IMG/VR virus record: IMGVR_UViG_3300037067_018912
Coordinates: 192,001 to 256,000 of that record
DNA length: 64,000 nt
Reading direction: 5' to 3' (one strand)
Source of the DNA: a virus
Lineage: Duplodnaviria; Caudoviricetes
Made by a program: the position numbers and the translations under genes. A model generated the notes under the pieces. That model made no database searches. It was not told where the DNA came from and was given only the letters and a program-made list of their open reading frames with translations. How positions within the stretch are numbered: position 1 is the first letter of the stretch; every line of letters begins with the position of its first letter. This document shows positions 52,486-60,491 of this stretch, piece after piece.

Positions 52486-53706
52486 TTAATGCACTAAAAA
52501 GAACGTTCTTAAAACATCAGGTCTTTGTGTTGAAATATCTGTCTCGCCTTTTGATTGGACGATAACGTTATATGTCGGTTTATCGGCCACAGGTGCTTTC
52601 ATCATTTCATCGTGCGACAGTAATGTGCCATCGTTTGGAACATTAAACCCTTTTGAAACCCTTTGTTTCAAGACATTCATGCCGTTTTCTTTGTCCTTAA
52701 AGATTAATCTGTCATTTGCATCGACATCAAAATGATGTGGATCGCTTTTTACGAATAAATCGTTGAAATATTCGCTGCCGACGATTTCGGAAGTTTTTGC
52801 ACCCGCCAAATCAACCTTCTTCAATTGTTTTTTGTTTGCATCGACAGAAAAACTGACGACAAAATCCGGTGCATCCGTTTTCAATGACATGTTGCTGAAA
52901 TCGGACGGGAGGCGGTTCAAATTGTAAATATCTGCTACCTTGGTGTGCGCATACGGTTTGACAACGAATCCCTCGTCCTTTAATTCTTTCATTATCTCCC
53001 TACCTACTTGGTAATAGGATTTACTGAAAAAATCGCCAGAATCATTCCATCTAAAGCGCATTTCCTTGTTCACAAGACCGGGATTGTTTTTAAGTTCCAT
53101 TATTTCATTTTTCAACTTCTCTTTAAAACGTTGGGGATCGTTTAGTAAAAGGTTTAATATCCTTGTCTGTTTAAGGAAGTTGAATGGAAGCCTGACATAA
53201 TTACCCTTCCGGGCATAACAAGGTGCAACGCATTTTCCCGCACCTGGACAGGTATGGACGACAATGAAATTCTTACGGTCTTTATCATACACAATGCCTC
53301 TGAATGCTGGCAACCCGATTGTTACTGTATAAAAATCTTCGGTGGAAGATTTCAACATCTTTGCGTTACCTGTTGATATGATTTGATCCGGTTCTGCCGT
53401 GATATCGTTTATGAATGTTTGAACGTCGATTTCACCCTCTTCGGTTTTCTTAATTACTTTGTTGTGTACGATCAAGTCAGGTTTAACCCTTTTATGGGAT
53501 GGTAATGCATAATTTGCAAGTATCTTATTCAGATAATCCCTTAATTGATCTATATTCATACAAGTATGCGTCACACCTTCAAGGTCTACCTCATCCAATG
53601 GCTGTCCAGCGTTCTCGTCCGGAAGATATGTGTCGCTTACATCCACAGGCATGTCGGCAACCCTGTTCATCATTTCGAACAAACGATGCTTGTCGTTTTT
53701 AATCAT
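52486..53706 (-). CDS. GP88-like (radical-SAM-like) protein with leader
   Basis: TCPGAGKCVAPCYARKG, RFRWNDSGDF, YAHTK; N-terminus MIKNDKHRLFEMM. Confidence 0.7.
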   Translation of the reverse strand: MIKNDKHRLFEMMNRVADMPVDVSDTYLPDENAGQPLDEVDLEGVTHTCMNIDQLRDYLNKILANYALPSHKRVKPDLIVHNKVIKKTEEGEIDVQTFINDITAEPDQIISTGNAKMLKSSTEDFYTVTIGLPAFRGIVYDKDRKNFIVVHTCPGAGKCVAPCYARKGNYVRLPFNFLKQTRILNLLLNDPQRFKEKLKNEIMELKNNPGLVNKEMRFRWNDSGDFFSKSYYQVGREIMKELKDEGFVVKPYAHTKVADIYNLNRLPSDFSNMSLKTDAPDFVVSFSVDANKKQLKKVDLAGAKTSEIVGSEYFNDLFVKSDPHHFDVDANDRLIFKDKENGMNVLKQRVSKGFNVPNDGTLLSHDEMMKAPVADKPTYNVIVQSKGETDISTQRPDVLRTFFLVH

Positions 53707-53783
53707 GGCCTGATTATATTTTTCTATAAATACAGAATTATTAATTAAAGTGCGGTAGTATTTATGATAAAATCTTGTGTGAA

Positions 53784-55625
53784 ATGAATTTGGACTGTTT
53801 GAACGACATAATCACCGACAACCTCGCCATACACATCGACATTTCCGATCTCCGGTCATGGGATTTGAACACCGGGTTCACATCGGTCAGTCTGACCAAA
53901 TGGACGGGTGCGATATCAGACGATCTGAATCTTCTTGATTTCGGCCTCACCGGATTCGACAACGGCAGGACAAATGAAATGTGGGGTGGACTTCAACTGA
54001 CATCCGATGACACGTTATTCCAAATGTACAGGATTGGTTATAATCAAGTCCAAAACCCAACCACGGGACAAACAAGCGGAATTACAACAACAACTCTGTT
54101 CGATCTGTATCCGATGAGTGCAATAACCGGAACGTCCGGTGGAAGTTACTTTATGCTCGACGGTGGATATTTGCAAGGTTTTTTCAAATTAAAGGATTAC
54201 AACTACGAACTCTTTCCTGCACGCTGCAACAACGGTATTACAATTGAAACCTTATTGTATTTGCTTCCAGAATCTTTTGGCATCTTTTTCATGATGGGCA
54301 AACGGGCGGAGGATAAATACAATCCGTATTTTTCCGGTGAAACATTAACGGGCATCACCGTTACCGGAGTGACAACAAGTTTGGATAACTATCTCGACTC
54401 CTTTACCGAAACAACTGTAATAAAAAGCGGATTCAGCAATGTCGAAGATAACAAGACTATCGTTTATTCAGCCACATCAACAGTTAATAATATAAAGGAT
54501 AATGTTATCGCATTCTTATTGACGGGAGATGGGCATCTCGGCTATAAATATATTAATAATAAAGGTTTGGTCGTGACAAACGTGTCATCAGCAATCATCA
54601 CTAACACGGGTTTCACATGGATCACCATCACATTCACCCCGGACGAGATTTTTGAAGACCTTGATTTGTTGGAATGTGACAATCAAAGAAAAGGAAAACT
54701 CGTTATTTATGTGAACGGTCGGGCGAGATGGATCATTAAAGACTTTCCGGAATTCTACTGCAAACCCCTTGCAAATGACAAGGAGAAACAATTGGGTGTC
54801 CCTTATTCAATTAGTTGGGGCGGCGGAAGTTTCGGATTAAAACATTCATGGCATTACGATTTTCAAACATATGGACTTTACACCGGACAAGACACCTCTT
54901 ATATTAATACAGACTTTTTTGTGCAAGGTGATCCTATACCAACGCATTGTAACCCGATTCCGGATGACAGTTACTTACCGGGGTTGTCGTTAAGTGCCGA
55001 CAGCACCACATTTATAAACATCGACGAATGTACGGATGATGAAATTCCTGTTACTGTGATGAGAATTGAACACACCGGGAACACAGCCACAACATATTTC
55101 ATCAAATTCAACCGTCCGGTCATAGCATTATCAAATAGAGATTACACGGTTAACCTATCATTATATAACGACGGATTCTTCAACTTATTGTTTAAAAACA
55201 AGGCATATGTGGAAGTATACAGCGACACCGTGGATGTCAACATTGTCGATGTCACCGAATATACGAACGGGTCTGGATGGAAAGACTTGAAATGCGTTTT
55301 CAGGACGGCAGATGATTCCGGTAAGCAATCTGTCAACATCGGTCTATTGATCGAGACCAATGGTTCGTTCAATCTCGACACCCCGTTGTTTGTGAAGAAC
55401 TTCACCTACACGGCGGCGGATATTCTTGTGCAAGATGAAAGAAAGAATGACTTGATTATCGAACAAAATTTTAATCAAAGTTTTATTGGAGGAATTCAGA
55501 AGTTGAGAATTTATGACAAATCCTTGAACGGTTCAGAAGTTCTTCACAATATGATAATTGAAGCAAGAAACAACCCCGATGCGAATTTTGTCGTATCCAA
55601 AGGCGGCAGAATAATATATCGTTAA
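53784..55625 (+). CDS. Virion protein with LamG/concanavalin-like domain
   Basis: ITITF...LVIYVNG and FIGGIQKLRIYDKSL; late motif at 53758-53765. Confidence 0.6.
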   Translation: MNLDCLNDIITDNLAIHIDISDLRSWDLNTGFTSVSLTKWTGAISDDLNLLDFGLTGFDNGRTNEMWGGLQLTSDDTLFQMYRIGYNQVQNPTTGQTSGITTTTLFDLYPMSAITGTSGGSYFMLDGGYLQGFFKLKDYNYELFPARCNNGITIETLLYLLPESFGIFFMMGKRAEDKYNPYFSGETLTGITVTGVTTSLDNYLDSFTETTVIKSGFSNVEDNKTIVYSATSTVNNIKDNVIAFLLTGDGHLGYKYINNKGLVVTNVSSAIITNTGFTWITITFTPDEIFEDLDLLECDNQRKGKLVIYVNGRARWIIKDFPEFYCKPLANDKEKQLGVPYSISWGGGSFGLKHSWHYDFQTYGLYTGQDTSYINTDFFVQGDPIPTHCNPIPDDSYLPGLSLSADSTTFINIDECTDDEIPVTVMRIEHTGNTATTYFIKFNRPVIALSNRDYTVNLSLYNDGFFNLLFKNKAYVEVYSDTVDVNIVDVTEYTNGSGWKDLKCVFRTADDSGKQSVNIGLLIETNGSFNLDTPLFVKNFTYTAADILVQDERKNDLIIEQNFNQSFIGGIQKLRIYDKSLNGSEVLHNMIIEARNNPDANFVVSKGGRIIYR

Positions 55626-55633
55626 TATTGATT

Positions 55634-55843
55634 ATGAGTAAGTTATCGGAAATCTACGACGGATGGAAGAATTATATCTTCCCCAACCCGGAGGTCGAGG
55701 AGATTGCAAAAAAAAGAATAGCAATCTGTGTCGAAAACAAATGTGGAAAATACAAATCAAACGACACTTGCAAATTATGTGGCTGCTACATGCCCGCAAA
55801 AGTCAGGAGTCCAAAATCGTATTGTCAGTTGAAGAAGTGGTAA
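55634..55843 (+). CDS. Small Cys-rich protein
   Basis: RIAIC...C...CKLCGCYMPAKVR...YC...KW. Confidence 0.7.
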   Translation: MSKLSEIYDGWKNYIFPNPEVEEIAKKRIAICVENKCGKYKSNDTCKLCGCYMPAKVRSPKSYCQLKKW

Positions 55844-55844
55844 A

Positions 55845-56456
55845 TTAACAATACGAATTTATTATAGCAGGCTTGTTGACCTTCTCACGTGTTTTATTGT
55901 CGTGTGTGCTGGTGGTGATGTAACTCTCCACATATTCCCTGACGAACAGGTTTTGTATGTCCGCAGGTGCTCGCTTAAACGCCGTAAACTCAATCTCATC
56001 ACCGTCCATAGTAAACAAGGTAACGTTGATATCCATCCAATCAATCGAATCATACCACGTATCGCCTTCGGGTGGTTCATACCTTCCCCAATTCCCAGGA
56101 TTGTAATAACCTCCCGCACTCACTGAAATTCTGTCGCTATCGAAATTCAGAGTGAATTTGACAGCCTCCTTGGCAGGATCGTACTTATACTCGATCTCAG
56201 TGAAATATTCCAAAGTCAAGAAAGAGATATCTTCGGGATTATTAGTCTCCCAATTGCCCCCAACCCCCGAATCGGTAATCCTGACTTTCAATTTATCCCT
56301 CCTTTCAAGAAGGGAATCGCATATGAATTGTTTTTGAAAATCTTCGTTGGACAGTAAGTCGAAACCTTTTTTCTCTTCGTTGTATTCGTCATTTCCAAGG
56401 AAATCGAAGTTCTTCAATTCCTCGTTAATAATTGTTATGATGTCGTCTTTTTTCAC
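55845..56456 (-). CDS. Hypothetical late protein
   Basis: Probable GTG start (MKKDDIITIINEE) after the late motif at 56472-56479. Confidence 0.6.
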   Translation of the reverse strand: MKKDDIITIINEELKNFDFLGNDEYNEEKKGFDLLSNEDFQKQFICDSLLERRDKLKVRITDSGVGGNWETNNPEDISFLTLEYFTEIEYKYDPAKEAVKFTLNFDSDRISVSAGGYYNPGNWGRYEPPEGDTWYDSIDWMDINVTLFTMDGDEIEFTAFKRAPADIQNLFVREYVESYITTSTHDNKTREKVNKPAIINSYC

Positions 56457-56529
56457 GTGATGAATTTTACAATAAATACTTGTTTTCTGATATAAAAACC
56501 TGACAAATCTCAACGTTAAAGTATTTATA

Positions 56530-56700
56530 GGATGAAAAGTCATTGCTTAATTTATGAATTAAGTTAGGTCTGGTAAAAATCAGGAATGATTTTTTAAAAA
56601 TTTTATCAACGCCAGGCAGTGGTTATGTAAAATTTTAAAGACTTGACTGTTTGTTTTGTGAGATTGGCTGCACCACCTTTAATGTGGTGCAGTTTTTTTT
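56530..56700 (+). ncRNA. Candidate late small RNA
   Basis: Late motif at 56521-56529, two stem domains, and terminator CTGCACCAC-N7-GTGGTGCAG-T8. Confidence 0.45.
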
Positions 56701-56730
56701 CGTCCATATGAAGTATTTATCGTAAAGCGC

Positions 56731-57048
56731 ATGGGAATGAAAAAAGACACAAAAACCCTTTTGTTCGAAATGATGGAGAAGACCGTACCCGGTTTCAAGA
56801 GTACTAACGAACAACAAGCAGTATCGGGTGTACAACAACCAATAGCGGGTGACGTAAAGAATGTTCAAAATACGGTAACCACATCACAACAAACAGCAAA
56901 TTCAAGGATCGATACCCCGGATGAATTTTCACAGGCTTTTAGGGTATGGTTTTCGTCATTGGGTTTCAATCCTCAAAACAGACCGATAGCAATCGGGAGA
57001 GTTACCATTGAAGTAACAAAAATTATGAAAGAATTAGGGTACAGATAA
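56731..57048 (+). CDS. Leader-bearing putative head protein
   Basis: MKKDTKTLLFEMMEK...STNE; late motif at 56713-56720. Confidence 0.65.
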   Translation: MGMKKDTKTLLFEMMEKTVPGFKSTNEQQAVSGVQQPIAGDVKNVQNTVTTSQQTANSRIDTPDEFSQAFRVWFSSLGFNPQNRPIAIGRVTIEVTKIMKELGYR

Positions 57049-57066
57049 AAATTTTTTCGATTTTTC

Positions 57067-57097
57067 TTTGTATTTATAATTCCAAGTATTATATTTG
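57067..57097 (+). promoter_or_regulatory. Bacteroidota primary-sigma promoter for tRNA array 1, with an overlapping late motif
   Basis: TTTG (57067-57070), 19 nt, TATATTTG (57090-57097); GTATTTATA at 57070-57078. Confidence 0.75.
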
Positions 57098-57119
57098 CAA
57101 CAAATTATTTGATATTGTC

Positions 57120-57188
57120 ATGAGAAATTTAGTTCATATCCAGCCCCAACATCAACCACCGCAAGTGGAACGGGGTTACTATGTCTAA
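57120..57188 (+). CDS. Attenuator leader peptide 1 (His/Gln/Pro-rich): MRNLVHIQPQHQPPQVERGYYV
   Basis: 9 of codons 6-15 are His/Gln/Pro; the 3' end carries the antiterminator strand GAACGGGGTT. Confidence 0.85.
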   Translation: MRNLVHIQPQHQPPQVERGYYV

Positions 57189-57220
57189 ATTTTCGTAAAA
57201 AAATTTTTAGTTAAACTAAG

Positions 57221-57251
57221 GAAACCCCGTTCGCAAGAGCGGGGTTTTTTT
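57221..57251 (+). terminator. Attenuator terminator 1
   Basis: AACCCCGTTC-GCAA-GAGCGGGGTT plus T run, ending just before the first tRNA (57256). Confidence 0.9.
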
Positions 57252-57255
57252 GTTT

Positions 57256-57331
57256 CAGGGAGTGGGAAAGTCGGTAATCCGCTTGCTTCGGGAGCAAGAG
57301 ACCGCCAGTTCGAATCTGGCCTTCCTGACCA
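57256..57331 (+). tRNA. tRNA-Pro(CGG)
   Basis: Cloverleaf; loop TT-CGG-GA; encoded CCA. Confidence 0.9.
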
Positions 57332-57334
57332 TAT

Positions 57335-57408
57335 GGTGATTGTAGTTCAATTGGTAGAACGTCAGATTGTGGTTCTGATAGTTGTGGGTTCGAGTCCCAT
57401 CTTTCACC
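57335..57408 (+). tRNA. tRNA-His(GTG)
   Basis: G-1, C73, loop TT-GTG-GT; two T-T mismatches in the acceptor stem. Confidence 0.85.
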
Positions 57409-57412
57409 CAAA

Positions 57413-57520
57413 TATCACGTAAAGACGTGATAAATGAAAATATCGCCTAAAAAGGCGATAAATATAATTTATCGGCTAAAAAGGCTATAAATATAATTTA
57501 TCGGCTAAAATACCGATATT
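57413..57520 (+). repeat. Four tandem ~29-nt hairpin units
   Basis: TATCACGT-AAAG-ACGTGATA, TATCGCCT-AAAA-AGGCGATA and two TATCGGCTAAAA variants. Confidence 0.7.
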
Positions 57521-57535
57521 TTTGTAACAGAGTTC

Positions 57536-57546
57536 AGTTCTTTGAC
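57536..57546 (+). promoter_or_regulatory. boxA-like antitermination site
   Basis: AGTTCTTTGAC, identical to 61552-61562. Confidence 0.6.
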
Positions 57547-57566
57547 GTATAATAAAATTCTTTAAT

Positions 57567-57639
57567 CGGGACGTGGCGCAGTTGGTAGCGCACTTGCATG
57601 GGGTGCAAGGGGTCGGAAGTTCGAGTCTTCTTGTCCCGA
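57567..57639 (+). tRNA. tRNA-Pro(GGG)
   Basis: Cloverleaf; CTTGC-AT-GGG-GT-GCAAG. Confidence 0.9.
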
Positions 57640-57782
57640 CAGGTTTGTGTGAATAGAGATGGTTATCTGAGTGGCATACAGTGGGTTGCAAACTGCTGTG
57701 TGTTGAAAGGATGTACTGGGTTGCCTGCATGCAGTATCAATCTGACTCCCGTGAGGGGGTAGTATCGAAAGCACAACCACAA

Positions 57783-57855
57783 CGGATAGTAGCGAAGTTG
57801 GTATCGCACCTGCTTTGGGAGCAGGGGATCGTGGGTTCGAGTCCCGCCTATCCGA
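57783..57855 (+). tRNA. tRNA-Pro(TGG)
   Basis: Cloverleaf; CCTGC-TT-TGG-GA-GCAGG. Confidence 0.92.
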
Positions 57856-57864
57856 CTTTTATTA

Positions 57865-57937
57865 CGGGTAGTGGGAAAGTTGGTAATCCGCCTGATTTGG
57901 GATCAGGAGACCGCAGATTCGAGTTCTGCTTACCCGA
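57865..57937 (+). tRNA. tRNA-Pro(TGG)
   Basis: Cloverleaf; CCTGA-TT-TGG-GA-TCAGG. Confidence 0.9.
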
Positions 57938-57939
57938 CT

Positions 57940-58015
57940 GTGCTTGAAGTAGGCGTTGGTGTCCTACGCCAGATTGTGGCTCTGGTTTTCGGGGGTTCGA
58001 TTCCCCTCAAGCACC
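57940..58015 (+). tRNA. tRNA-His(GTG), atypical D arm, no encoded G-1
   Basis: CCAGA-TT-GTG-GC-TCTGG; C73. Confidence 0.8.
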
Positions 58016-58030
58016 TAAATTATTTTGAAA

Positions 58031-58321
58031 ATGAATACGAGAATTGTCATATTCCTGCTTAAAAGGATTAATCGCATAATGACCGAGTTAATGAATTATG
58101 CTGATTTACCAAAAGAAAGGTTTGATAAGTTGATATACGATTACAATTACACATATGGTGTTTTTGACAGGGTCGTCGAGAAGCACAGGCGTAATATTGA
58201 ACACATTCCCCTGATCAGGGAGTTGTCCGATTTCGAATATCACTTATACACACAGAGAGAAATGGAATTGATAAACGATGAAACTTATGATCGTCGTCAT
58301 CGTAATATTTTTCATAGATAA
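58031..58321 (+). CDS. Hypothetical protein embedded in tRNA array 1
   Basis: ~96-aa ORF exactly filling the gap between two tRNAs. Confidence 0.5.
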   Translation: MNTRIVIFLLKRINRIMTELMNYADLPKERFDKLIYDYNYTYGVFDRVVEKHRRNIEHIPLIRELSDFEYHLYTQREMELINDETYDRRHRNIFHR

Positions 58322-58323
58322 AT

Positions 58324-58396
58324 TGTCCCGTGGTGTAATTGGCAACACGTCTGACTCTGGATCAGTAGAGTGCAGGTTCGATTCCTGCCGGGACAG
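58324..58396 (+). tRNA. tRNA-Gln(CTG)
   Basis: T1-A72; TCTGA-CT-CTG-GA-TCAGT. Confidence 0.9.
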
Positions 58397-58496
58397 CGAA
58401 GTTCGGTATGAAATAGAAGGTTTTCAGAGATTTGTTCATATCGAGGTTTAGTAATTCCAAGGTCGCCAAAAGAATTAGACCAAAAAATCTCGCCAT

Positions 58497-58582
58497 TGTC
58501 CTCTGGTGGAATTGGATAAACACGTCAGTCTTTGGAACTGATGCCCACATTGGGTTTGCAGGTTCAAATCCTGCGGGGACAG
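58497..58582 (+). tRNA. tRNA-Gln(TTG) with long variable arm
   Basis: TCAGT-CT-TTG-GA-ACTGA; variable arm TGCCCACATTGGGTTT; T1-A72, G73. Confidence 0.8.
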
Positions 58583-58647
58583 CAAAATGCATAAAATTAA
58601 ATATACTTGCATAAAATCATGTATATTTTAATACGCTTGCATAAAAT

Positions 58648-58719
58648 TGCCTTATAGTGTAATGGCCAGCACACAACACTTTGGATGTTGGAGTTCAAGT
58701 TCGAATCTTGGTAAGGCAA
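58648..58719 (+). tRNA. tRNA-Gln(TTG)
   Basis: CAACA-CT-TTG-GA-TGTTG. Confidence 0.88.
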
Positions 58720-59676
58720 CTACCTCCTCCCACCGGAACTGTGACTTGATCCGCCGCTACTTGAACTGCGTGATCCACCACCACTGTAACTCCCGGAACT
58801 CCTGTTTGAAGAACCCGAATATGAAGGACTTGAACTCCTGTATGTCGATCCTGAATTCGATGGTCGTGAATAACTTGAACTGCTTGAACCTCGATAAGAT
58901 GAACCGGAATTCGATGATGGTCGTGAATAACTTGAACTTCTCGTAGTTGCCGGACGTGAATACGATGGCCTTGACTGAGTTCCTGTTGATGACGGTCTTG
59001 AATATATCGGTCTGTCTGTATTTGCCGGACGATTGTAAGTACGTGTTTGAGTACTTGTCGATGGTCGAGTGTAAGTATTACGAGATTGTGTCGTCGGCTT
59101 CACATATGTGTTACGAGTTTGTGTGGCAGTTCTGTTCGATTCGATAGTCCTTCTTGGTCCATAATACTCTGTGCGCCTGTTTGGAGAATGATTCGGATAC
59201 TGATAATAAGTGTGATGTGGCTGCCAATACCAATAATTGTGATTGTACCACGAATAACTGTAGAACGGCCTGTTATACCAACGGTAATGGGGCATGTACC
59301 AATCAAAACTATACCAAGAACCATACGGATAATACCAATCGTAATAGAATGGATCATACCAACCATAATAAGGTGAATGCCAATAAAAATCAAAATAGAA
59401 TGTTGGCCTCATCCTGACATCATAATCATCTTCCTCTTCATAATAGTTATTAACCACGGTAATGTTTTGGACAACCGTGTCCTTTTCCTGTTTTTGCTCA
59501 CCGGGGATGTAATAGACATCATCGTATTCTTCAACCTGTGTGGTTTGATATTTTTTTGCAGAGTCATTCTCCGCTTTTTCCTTGGCTTCACGATACTTCT
59601 CATAATCGGATTTCTCCTGTGCAAGGATTGGTATGGAAAATAGGAGTGCTATTAGTAATAACGCCAGTTTTTTCAT
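58720..59676 (-). CDS. Secreted Bacteroidota-like protein (signal peptide, Tyr/Trp-rich core, Ser/Arg/Gly tail)
   Basis: MKKLALLLIALLFSIPILA-Q signal peptide; YDDVYY motif; SSGGGRR end. Confidence 0.75.
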   Translation of the reverse strand: MKKLALLLIALLFSIPILAQEKSDYEKYREAKEKAENDSAKKYQTTQVEEYDDVYYIPGEQKQEKDTVVQNITVVNNYYEEEDDYDVRMRPTFYFDFYWHSPYYGWYDPFYYDWYYPYGSWYSFDWYMPHYRWYNRPFYSYSWYNHNYWYWQPHHTYYQYPNHSPNRRTEYYGPRRTIESNRTATQTRNTYVKPTTQSRNTYTRPSTSTQTRTYNRPANTDRPIYSRPSSTGTQSRPSYSRPATTRSSSYSRPSSNSGSSYRGSSSSSYSRPSNSGSTYRSSSPSYSGSSNRSSGSYSGGGSRSSSSGGSSHSSGGRR

Positions 59677-59700
59677 AGTTTTGGGGTTTTAATATGTAAT

Positions 59701-59716
59701 TGCAAGTTATGTGCCA
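59701..59716 (-). promoter_or_regulatory. Sigma-54 (-24/-12) promoter
   Basis: The minus strand reads TGGCAC-ATAAC-TTGCA, about 25 nt upstream of the ATG at 59676. Confidence 0.7.
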
Positions 59717-59760
59717 ACATTTTACTTAAATAAATAGTATTTATAAAAAACTTTACCTCC

Positions 59761-60477
59761 ATGAAAAAACAAATCACCAAGGAAAGGATATTTGAAGTCG
59801 TTGCAAGACTCGATAAAACATTCAAATCAAAAATAAACGAAGGACTACTGCCGGGAGAAGATTCCATGTCACAAAACCTCAATGAGGTACAGACAAGGTC
59901 GTTGTCCGAGATCGCACAAGAGATATACCAAGATTGGCGACCAGTCAGTCCGTATGCAAAACCGTACCTTGAAGCAATGTCGTCGTTAAACTCAATTAAC
60001 GACAAATACATGTTTGATAGCGGGGACATGATTGTCAGATACTTCCTTTCGAATGCATCGACTTGGCGTGGCGAAACTGCAAAACGCATTAAATCAGAAC
60101 TAAAGGCGATGTTGGGTATGAAAGAAAACGTCAACTTCAGTGATAATCCTGGTGCACCTCCGGGGGATATTCCTCCACTTCCTGCCGCAGAACCCCAACT
60201 TCCTACCACAGAACCTACTCCTCCTATTGTAAATGAAGGTTCGGGATTGGGCACTCCGGTGAACAAATGGGTTTATTTCTCGTTCAATTATCCTCCCGGC
60301 TTTATCGAAAAGGTTTGGGCAGATGATCCAAATATAGTTCAACATCTAAATGAAAAATTCGGTGCATATTACGACAAAGTCGGTGCGGTAGGTGTAATGA
60401 ACAAATTCTATGTTGAATTGGACTCTGGGAATCAAAAGAAACTTGAAGATTGGGTCTTGGCAAATTACAAGGGGTAA
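59761..60477 (+). CDS. Leader-bearing putative head polyprotein
   Basis: MKKQITKERIFEVVARLDKTF...INE; domains separated by LNE/MKE/VNE; late motif at 59737-59745. Confidence 0.7.
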   Translation: MKKQITKERIFEVVARLDKTFKSKINEGLLPGEDSMSQNLNEVQTRSLSEIAQEIYQDWRPVSPYAKPYLEAMSSLNSINDKYMFDSGDMIVRYFLSNASTWRGETAKRIKSELKAMLGMKENVNFSDNPGAPPGDIPPLPAAEPQLPTTEPTPPIVNEGSGLGTPVNKWVYFSFNYPPGFIEKVWADDPNIVQHLNEKFGAYYDKVGAVGVMNKFYVELDSGNQKKLEDWVLANYKG

Positions 60478-60491
60478 AAACAACATTAATC

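Noticed and set aside
57413-57520. CRISPR array
   Set aside because: The units are adjacent and degenerate with no unique spacers, and no cas genes are in the window.
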